The notes under the pieces were generated by a model, which worked only from the letters and a program-made list of their open reading frames with translations, was not told where the DNA came from and did no database searches. The position numbers were made by a program, and so were the translations under genes. A stretch of 25,174 bases of DNA from Campylobacterota bacterium (GTDB lineage: Bacteria; Campylobacterota; Campylobacteria; Campylobacterales; Sulfurovaceae): assembly GCA_034722955.1 (NCBI GenBank), contig JAYEOM010000008.1:1-25174 (forward strand), written 5' to 3'. Shown piece after piece: positions 18,938-25,174 of the stretch (position 1 is its first letter; every line of letters starts with the position of its first letter).

Positions 18938-19429
18938 ATGGGTAAATTATCTATTCTATTGCTGATGAGCATAAGCCTGTTTGCAGGTGAGACGAGAGAG
19001 CAGGATTTTTATCTAAAAATTGATTTGACAAACAGAGAGAAGAGTAAAGACTCCAACTCCCAGAGATATATAGTAGAGGTAAAAAACAAAAATGTAGACT
19101 ATAGATATATCTATAGCGGCTACCCTGGCTACAAAAAAAGATCCAAACAATATAAACTAACTGACAGAGAGTTGAGCCAAATCATTCACTCTATAAAAGA
19201 TGAAAAAATAGATCTATCCAAAGAAGAGAAAAGATCAACAAAAGCCAATGGAGTAACCAGAAGCGTAGATCTTTCTCTATTTTTGAAACTAGAAGGCAAA
19301 ACTACGAAATCCAAAATATCGGGCAATGTCAGGATATTTAGAGCAAGCGGAAAGATAGAAGGTGAACTCATCAAAAATAAAGACTATATCAACAGTGTAG
19401 AGTCATTGATTGGGGATTTAGAGAGATAA
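18938..19429 (+). CDS. Hypothetical exported basic protein
   Basis: ATG 18938 after GAGG; signal-like MGKLSILLLMSISLFA; Lys-rich mature part. Confidence 0.75.
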   Translation: MGKLSILLLMSISLFAGETREQDFYLKIDLTNREKSKDSNSQRYIVEVKNKNVDYRYIYSGYPGYKKRSKQYKLTDRELSQIIHSIKDEKIDLSKEEKRSTKANGVTRSVDLSLFLKLEGKTTKSKISGNVRIFRASGKIEGELIKNKDYINSVESLIGDLER

Positions 19430-19463
19430 GCTTATAATAATACAGAGACAAAAAGGATTATAG

Positions 19464-20465
19464 ATGTATAGCCATAGACCACAACATATAGAGATCTTAG
19501 ATATGATGCCGTACAAGCTGATCTTGGTATTGACTCTTCTGATAAGCTTCTTTGTCAAATCAGTTGCAGCTGATTGCTATTTTATTCGATTGGATGGTTA
19601 TCATCTGACTCAAGGAGCAGATGTTTTTTCTTGGGGTGAGTTATCACCTCTGATAGGGCTTGAGGCTGGATACTATTTTCATCTATCTCCCCGTGGTCAG
19701 CATATCATCGATATCTCACGCGGGAGAGAGGGTAATCTGCAAGGGGAACTCTACTATATTCCACAAAACCTCATCGACAAAGACAATAACTTCTCTTTGA
19801 GAATAATGGTTCTTGATCGTGATAATGATACGGCAGATGATTTGGTACTCCCTCTAAATGAACGATCTATCTCTTTGGCGCCTGCATCATTTGTACTCGA
19901 TCGCCTGAGAGTAGATGCCTATTTTCAGCAATTTGGTGACTATACCACAACAAGACCCCGAAATGAGCAGTCATATCAATTTGAAATTTTAAGAGAGCCG
20001 GGAGATTGCAGCCTAGATACTGCCAGAGGACGAGCGAATGATCATCGTTTCCGTTTGGAAAATCATCTCAAGAGATTGCATCTTCATATCAAGGCTTATG
20101 AAGAGGATTTTATAAGCGGAGGTCAAGAGTATCAATCTTACAGAGTACCGGATATTAGAGGATACTCTCTTGCAGATGCATTGGATATCACGGAGATTAT
20201 CGCTGCTGTAAACTCAAGTGAACTGATCTCATTGGGAGTTGAACTTGAAAAACTACGAGATGTTAAAAATTTCCCAAATGTCTGGAGGGAGTACAAGCGT
20301 CTAGTGCGACGACTACTCAGACAAAAAATAACCATCCAATACAGAGAAGAGAAGATAGACAAAAAGATGGAAGTACCCTCTCTGGACTTTCACCCAGATT
20401 GGGAGAAGCTGACTGGAAATGCTGCTATATTACCACCTGAAAGCTGGAAGATCAAAACAAGATAG
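19464..20465 (+). CDS. Hypothetical exported protein with a C2-like acidic loop motif
   Basis: 333-aa ORF (start 19464 or 19503). Signal-like YKLILVLTLLISFFVKSVAA; motif LRIMVLDRDNDTADDLV. Confidence 0.75.
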   Translation: MYSHRPQHIEILDMMPYKLILVLTLLISFFVKSVAADCYFIRLDGYHLTQGADVFSWGELSPLIGLEAGYYFHLSPRGQHIIDISRGREGNLQGELYYIPQNLIDKDNNFSLRIMVLDRDNDTADDLVLPLNERSISLAPASFVLDRLRVDAYFQQFGDYTTTRPRNEQSYQFEILREPGDCSLDTARGRANDHRFRLENHLKRLHLHIKAYEEDFISGGQEYQSYRVPDIRGYSLADALDITEIIAAVNSSELISLGVELEKLRDVKNFPNVWREYKRLVRRLLRQKITIQYREEKIDKKMEVPSLDFHPDWEKLTGNAAILPPESWKIKTR

Positions 20466-20472
20466 GTCAAAA

Positions 20473-21522
20473 CTATTTATCTGTTTTTCTATAATTGTTA
20501 TCTAGTTTTTCACTAGTTTTTTTATCTATTTTGTAGGCACTCTCTTTGATAATCGCATATTGACTTTTGACTATGTTACAGTATTTTGATTTGCTATTTT
20601 GCTTGATGAAATTTTCGTATGATTTTCCAATATCTGAACTTGATATCGGAATATGTGCAAAATTTATGGAGCTATACATGTCAGATAGATAGAAGAGCAG
20701 ATAGCTAGAGAGAGACTCTTTGACTCTATCTATCTCTGAAAAACTGGGATAATCATTGAGGAAATTTTCCCAAAAAATAACTCTTTTTCTCAACTCTTCA
20801 AATGAGACTTGCAATACTCCATCTTCTGCAAAGTAGTTTTCAGCTTCATAGGCACTCTGTTTTAAATATCTCTTCCACTCACTAGGCAGGCTGTCGCCAA
20901 ATTCATCCAAAAACCATGCACTGTTGGCTTCTACATAGTACGCACCTTCACTTTGATAGATGACCAAACCCACTCTGGAGAGTTCTGCTCTATAATTTTT
21001 CTCTTTTTTTACAGAGATCGGATATTTTACATTTAATTTCTCTTCGGTAGATTCGATATAAGCTTGTGTTATTTGATCATAATATCGCCTAAAATCACTA
21101 AAGAGCAGGGAGCTGCACTCTTTTGATTGTCCCGAAATAGTTTTACTATAATACTCTTTTAGATTATCTATAGATTGGATTTTACTCTTGTCGAGTTTTT
21201 TAGCATATCTTTCAAACTCCTGTTGCGGACAACTCTCTGCATATGAAACACTCTTGGCTTCTTGGGTATCTGATGAATTTTTAGATCCCATAGCACTGCA
21301 TCCGCGAGTATCACCACCATCACACGCTTTGCGGAAAAGTTTTTTTGCTTTTGAGATATCCTGATTTGTGATGTGACCTTTGTGATATATCACTCCTAGA
21401 TCATAACACTTGGCAGCATAACCACCATCACAAGCTTGCCCAAGAAGCTCAATCTCACTCCCTGCACTCAAAACCATACTCGTTCCAGTCAACAACACTA
21501 CTATCAATAATATCTTTTTCAT
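20473..21522 (-). CDS. Exported Sel1-like (Hcp-type Cys-paired) repeat protein with an unknown helical C-terminal domain
   Basis: Signal peptide MKKILLIVVLLTG; ACDGGYAAKCYDLGVIY..G...QDISKAKKLFRKACDGGDTRGC. Confidence 0.85.
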   Translation of the reverse strand: MKKILLIVVLLTGTSMVLSAGSEIELLGQACDGGYAAKCYDLGVIYHKGHITNQDISKAKKLFRKACDGGDTRGCSAMGSKNSSDTQEAKSVSYAESCPQQEFERYAKKLDKSKIQSIDNLKEYYSKTISGQSKECSSLLFSDFRRYYDQITQAYIESTEEKLNVKYPISVKKEKNYRAELSRVGLVIYQSEGAYYVEANSAWFLDEFGDSLPSEWKRYLKQSAYEAENYFAEDGVLQVSFEELRKRVIFWENFLNDYPSFSEIDRVKESLSSYLLFYLSDMYSSINFAHIPISSSDIGKSYENFIKQNSKSKYCNIVKSQYAIIKESAYKIDKKTSEKLDNNYRKTDK

Positions 21523-21666
21523 CTTCTCTGCTTTTGTTTGATTTTTTCTATGATATAATTTAATTCATTAAATTTGGGTTAGGCAATAATTTGAAAAAGC
21601 TATTCTTGACATCTTCTAAAGAGCGAAAGACTCTGTTAATGAAAAAAATTATAAAATGGAAAAAAA

Positions 21667-22779
21667 ATGATTAAAAAATGCTTAAAGAGTATAAAGATAA
21701 CAGGTATTACTTTACTCTTAACCCTGTCAAATTTGGATGCATGTACAGGCATAAGACTTATTGCTGAAGATAAGAGTGTAGCGTATGGTCGTTCTATGGA
21801 ATGGGGAGCTTTTGATTTAAACTCTCGTGTAGTTATCATATCCAAGGGTCATGACTTTGTAGGATTGACACCTGATGGATATAATGGTAAAAAATGGAGA
21901 TCCAAATATGGTGTTGTGGCTCTTGATATGGTCAATAAAATGGCTCTTGCTGATGGTATGAATGAAGAGGGTTTAACAGCTGGTCTGTTTTATCATCCAG
22001 GTTTTGCCAAGTATACTAAATATGACTCAGCCAAAGCAGGCAATGCTATTACTGCGATAGATGTTGTTACTTATATTCTCACTCAATACAAGAGTATCAA
22101 TGAAGTAAGAGAGGGGATGAGTAGGGTTACTGTTGTTCCTGTTATAGATGATAGTATTGGTATGGTAGTTGATGCACATTTCATCGTAACAGATAGTACA
22201 GGTCAATCTATCGTCATAGAATTTACAGAGGGCAAGATGAAGATTCATAATGCTCCATTAGGAGTTGTTACCAATGCACCAAACTTTGACTGGCACATGA
22301 CCAATCTTAGAAATTATGTAAATCTATCTCAAGTTTCTATTCCTGATAAGAAGATTCAAGAGCTTGATTTTAAACCTTTAGGTGCAGGGAGTGGTATGAT
22401 TGGACTTCCTGGAGATACGACCCCACCCTCCCGTTTTATCCGTGCGGTAGCTTTTTCCCAAACAGCAAGAAAAACACCAACATCAAGTGAAACCATTTAT
22501 GAGTTGTTTAGGATATTAGACAGCTTCAATCTAGGTCTTGGTAGTGCAGAGGGATCTTTACACGCTCAAGAAGAAGATAACGCATTAAGAAGTTCAACAC
22601 TATGGACAACGGCACATGATATAAAAAACAAAGTTTTATATTATCATACCCAACACAACCGCCGTGTACGAATGATTGATTTAAAAGCTATTGACTTTTC
22701 TAAAAAGGTAGACTCCATTATTCATCTCCCTTTAGATAAAAGTAAAGAGCAAGATATAGAGAATATTACACCCAAATAG
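21667..22779 (+). CDS. Linear amide C-N hydrolase (choloylglycine hydrolase / penicillin V acylase family), exported
   Basis: Signal peptide followed by the Ntn nucleophile CTG; GRSMEW, DGMNEEGL, VVTNAPNF and GLPGD.TPPSRF motifs. Confidence 0.93.
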   Translation: MIKKCLKSIKITGITLLLTLSNLDACTGIRLIAEDKSVAYGRSMEWGAFDLNSRVVIISKGHDFVGLTPDGYNGKKWRSKYGVVALDMVNKMALADGMNEEGLTAGLFYHPGFAKYTKYDSAKAGNAITAIDVVTYILTQYKSINEVREGMSRVTVVPVIDDSIGMVVDAHFIVTDSTGQSIVIEFTEGKMKIHNAPLGVVTNAPNFDWHMTNLRNYVNLSQVSIPDKKIQELDFKPLGAGSGMIGLPGDTTPPSRFIRAVAFSQTARKTPTSSETIYELFRILDSFNLGLGSAEGSLHAQEEDNALRSSTLWTTAHDIKNKVLYYHTQHNRRVRMIDLKAIDFSKKVDSIIHLPLDKSKEQDIENITPK

Positions 22780-22975
22780 AAAGGTTTTTAGTAGTTTTAA
22801 TCTAGTCGAGAATAATTCCCGGACTCTCGGGTCGATTCATATCGCCCTAAAACAATAATTTATCGTGAATTATTAGGTAAATCCAACGAAAATTAAAACA
22901 AACCTTAATCAACCAAATACAGGCTGTAAATAACTCAAAAAATGAATACAAAATCATCCATAGAAGAGGTGTAAG

Positions 22976-23004
22976 AGTTATCTCTATGCGTGGTTTCTTG
23001 GCAT
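22976..23004 (-). pseudogene. Probable 5' remnant of a REP-associated tyrosine (Y1 HUH, IS200-like) transposase
   Basis: ATG 23004 has an AAGGAG SD (23011-23016) and a TGTTACAAT box (23026-23034). It reads MPRNHA*, but restoring one A gives MPRKPRIEIT, which resembles the N-terminus I recognise for this family. The match is very short. Confidence 0.5.
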
Positions 23005-23047
23005 TCACTACTCCTTTTTATCAAAATTGTAACAGATGAATACTTGA

Positions 23048-23069
23048 TTGTAGTTGTTACCTGACCCCT
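23048..23069 (+). repeat. 22-bp direct repeat, copy 1 (TTGTAGTTGTTACCTGACCCCT)
   Basis: 21/22 identical to 24753-24774. Confidence 0.85.
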
Positions 23070-23111
23070 TAATTATAGCCTTTAAAATCTATTTACTTTT
23101 ATCCTAAAACA

Positions 23112-23120
23112 TGATATAAT
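23112..23120 (+). promoter_or_regulatory. Extended -10 box (TGATATAAT) for the small protein/GNAT pair
   Basis: Motif upstream of AAGGAG (23138-23143) and ATG 23145/23154. Confidence 0.6.
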
Positions 23121-23153
23121 AATTCATATTAAAAGCTAAGGAGAATGGTTATT

Positions 23154-23321
23154 ATGATTAAAAGTATATTTGAAAAAATTGTCTTAGATACAAATGCAAA
23201 TATAGCACTTGACTATGCTCATAGTGATAAATATGTAAAAAAAAGAGAAGTATCAAAAAAGAAAAAAATAACACCTAGTATCAGAAAGAACAAAGTAGTA
23301 CTTAAAAACCTACTAGGATAA
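23154..23321 (+). CDS. Small basic protein (55 aa), putative antitoxin (not in ORF track)
   Basis: Translation MIKSIFEKIVLDTNANIALDYAHSDKYVKKREVSKKKKITPSIRKNKVVLKNLLG. It has its own promoter box and SD, and ends 4 nt before the GNAT frame. Confidence 0.7.
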   Translation: MIKSIFEKIVLDTNANIALDYAHSDKYVKKREVSKKKKITPSIRKNKVVLKNLLG

Positions 23322-23325
23322 ATTC

Positions 23326-23895
23326 ATTACTAACGAAGCATATTATCATTCCCTCACATTTGTAGCACTTTCATCACTTCTTGGTGAATACGATAAAGAT
23401 TTTGTAAGTGACTTATGTCAAACTTTTAAATGCTCTAAAAATAGTGATTTAGAGAGTTTTTTAAATGATACAAATAAAGCTATATCTTTTGAAGAAAGAA
23501 ATATTACAAAGACATATTTATATATATCCACAGATAAAGAAGTAGTAGCATATTTTACTATTTCTCTTAATGTTTTAGAGACAAGCAACATCTCTAAAAG
23601 TACCATAAAAAAGATAGATGGCATAGATAAAAATCGTCAAGAGATAGCGTGTTTTCTCATAGCACAATTAGGAAAATCTGACAATAACATATATCTCATA
23701 GGTAAAAATATTTTGTATGATGCTATTGAAACAATTAAAGATGCTTCCCATATCATAGGAGGCAGAGCTATAGTACTTGATGCTATAAACAATCATAAAG
23801 TCATACAGTTTTATAAAAACAATAACTTTGTTATGCTTGACAAATCTTCTACAATTGCAAAGAATGTAAAAATGTATTACCCTTTATATCTATAA
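23326..23895 (+). CDS. GNAT-family acetyltransferase, putative toxin, 189 aa with non-canonical ATT start
   Basis: The frame of track ORF 23713-23895 is open back to 23317. Motifs FKCSKNSDLESFL, AISFE, TKTYL, AYFTI, LIAQLGK, IGGRAIVLDA and FYKNNNF. AGGA at 23315-23318 lies 7 nt before ATT 23326. Confidence 0.8.
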   Translation: MTNEAYYHSLTFVALSSLLGEYDKDFVSDLCQTFKCSKNSDLESFLNDTNKAISFEERNITKTYLYISTDKEVVAYFTISLNVLETSNISKSTIKKIDGIDKNRQEIACFLIAQLGKSDNNIYLIGKNILYDAIETIKDASHIIGGRAIVLDAINNHKVIQFYKNNNFVMLDKSSTIAKNVKMYYPLYL

Positions 23896-23985
23896 AATTA
23901 TTTGCTTTTAGGTGAGGTATTATACTTTTTGGTAAAAAGGAGCCTGCAAAATCTTATTATTGTCTCTTTGTTGGAGAGCCTAGCA

Positions 23986-24694
23986 TCAAAAAGGAGTATA
24001 AGCCCAAACCCTATCACCTATTTTAATATATTCTATAGGTATTAGTCCATTCTCTGTTGCTACAAGCTTTTTGTAGTTTTGGACTAAACCTAAGTAGTAG
24101 TCTAAGCCCTACAGCAGTACCAGCAATAGCAGGTATCCCACTCAAGTCACCAGCACCTTGTGGGTTGGTCATCATACTACCTATGTTCATATAGGTCTCT
24201 ATTTGCATATTCTGCAAAGTATTTCGTATCCCCATAGCCCCTGACATACTCATCATACTAAAGTACCCAGTTGGGTCTATGTATGAGACGGGGTTACCAT
24301 TGGCATAGAGATACTTATGTAGAGTTACAGGGTCTGCTTGGTTTCCTTGGTAGCTATCTTGCTGTGTAAATCTACCTGTAGTAGGTGCGTAGTATCTAGC
24401 TCTTAGGTAGTCCCTACGGGCTTTATGAGGTTTCCCATATACTTCGTTAATCGTTTTTGTACCCCAAGGGCATTTCTTACGGGCAATTAGCTAAGGCTAG
24501 TACTTCAAACGATTGCCTTGTCTATGAAAAACCTCATAAAGCTATTTGTGTATTTATCTCCTTGGGGTAGCCTTACCATCTGTGTTGAGGAGTTTTCCAA
24601 AGGCTTGGTAGTTATTTTGTGTTAGTGGTGGGATGTTGGCTGTTAGGTTTAGGGTGAGGAGCAGGAGAAGCAAAAGAGGTTTTAGGTGGGGCAT
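23986..24694 (-). pseudogene. Fragmented RHS-core / pretoxin-Hint polymorphic toxin gene
   Basis: Three pieces: 24694-24554 (signal peptide + NYQAFGKLLNTDG); about 24412-24060 (DYLRARYYAPTTGRFTQQDSYQG...LHKYLYANGNPVSYIDPTG + linker); and 24066-23986 in another frame (LVATENGLIPIEYIKIGDRVWAY, Hint N-terminal motif). Confidence 0.85.
24420..24542. mobile_element. ~123-bp imperfect palindromic element (MITE/REP-like) inside the RHS remnant
   Basis: Perfect 14-bp terminal inverted repeats gctttatgaggttt / aaacctcataaagc, with inner complementary blocks cata/tatg and aatcgttt/aaacgatt. Confidence 0.6.
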
Positions 24695-24752
24695 TTTGCT
24701 CTCTCCTTTTTGGGTTATTATTTTAGCGTAAGTTTATTGTGAGGGGGAAGAG

Positions 24753-24774
24753 TTGTAGTTGTTACCCGACCCCT
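24753..24774 (+). repeat. 22-bp direct repeat, copy 2 (TTGTAGTTGTTACCCGACCCCT)
   Basis: 21/22 identical to 23048-23069. Confidence 0.85.
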
Positions 24775-24791
24775 ATACCCCGATATAGACT

Positions 24792-25121
24792 TCATAACGG
24801 CTTACCTGCTCTTCTTGGACGTTTTCGTCTCATAGTAAGCCGTTCAATCTCATCTGGACTATAGTATTCCCTTGCCTTTTCCAGTAGTGCTTTGAGTTCA
24901 GACAAGAAAGCATAGCGTGGGCTAAACACAAACACTCTTGTTCTCCCTACACTCTTACTTACAAGTACACCTCCTAGCTCCAACTTCTCCAACTGTTTCT
25001 GAATAGGGTCTACACTTGTACTATAAAAATCTGCTATCTCTTTCCCATACCCATCACCATTTGCAAGAATGAATTGCAGCACACGCTCTCTGTTCTTTGA
25101 TCCGAAGATAGCTTCTAGCAT
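24792..25121 (-). CDS. Winged helix-turn-helix (ArsR-like) DNA-binding protein
   Basis: LEAIFGSKNRERVL, YGKEIA, IQKQLEKLE.GGVL.S..VGRTRVF pattern; GGAG SD and TATAAT upstream. Confidence 0.85.
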   Translation of the reverse strand: MLEAIFGSKNRERVLQFILANGDGYGKEIADFYSTSVDPIQKQLEKLELGGVLVSKSVGRTRVFVFSPRYAFLSELKALLEKAREYYSPDEIERLTMRRKRPRRAGKPL

Positions 25122-25174
25122 TTTTGCTCCATTACCTACTTAGTAGTTTTCTTTACCTATATTATAGGTTATAT

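Noticed and set aside
47..22248. Many short ORFs antisense to or overlapping the long genes (e.g. 47-337, 3126-3341, 7092-7445, 11635-12105, 15966-16268)
   Set aside because: They are shadow frames of well-supported genes with no recognisable motifs.
17280..22800. Integron cassette array explanation for the exported-protein block
   Set aside because: Genes are in mixed orientation, several spacers are too short for attC sites, and no integrase or repeated attC-like palindromes were seen.
22800..22850. GC-richer patch with weak dyad symmetry after the Ntn hydrolase gene
   Set aside because: The stems are short and imperfect, and I could not support a terminator or ncRNA call.
23418..23624. 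68-aa minus-strand ORF
   Set aside because: It lies antisense within the GNAT frame, which explains the region better.
23048..24774. CRISPR interpretation of the 22-bp repeats
   Set aside because: There are only two copies 1.7 kb apart, with no regular spacers and no cas genes.

Overview
This is a 25-kb chromosomal segment from a Campylobacterota bacterium, probably Sulfurovum/Sulfurimonas-like. The assignment is inferred from the trxA-trxB-dapB-purF-radical SAM gene order, the protein style and repeated TGnTATAAT extended -10 boxes. Left end (1-2.6 kb, minus strand): an AT-rich operon of overlapping genes encoding a coiled-coil protein, a membrane protein with a longin/roadblock-like cytoplasmic domain plus periplasmic BON-like and OmpA domains, and the 5' end of a Rab-like small GTPase that the ORF track missed. 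Middle (2.7-17.3 kb): mainly housekeeping genes (tkt, ispA, aroK, an FdhF-like molybdoenzyme, a YraN-family gene, a PhyH dioxygenase, trxA, trxB, dapB, purF, a TIGR01212-type radical SAM gene, nrdA). Right (17.3-25.2 kb): an accessory region with six predicted exported proteins, then a decayed mobile-looking block. In that block two 22-bp TTGTAGTTGTTACCYGACCCCT direct repeats sit beside the probable 5' remnant of a REP-associated tyrosine transposase. They bracket a small-protein/GNAT toxin-antitoxin-like pair whose GNAT gene has only an ATT start, and a fragmented RHS/Hint toxin gene interrupted by a ~123-bp palindrome. The right repeat appears to truncate the gene coupled to a winged-helix regulator. 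All family assignments come from motif recognition by eye; no searches were run.
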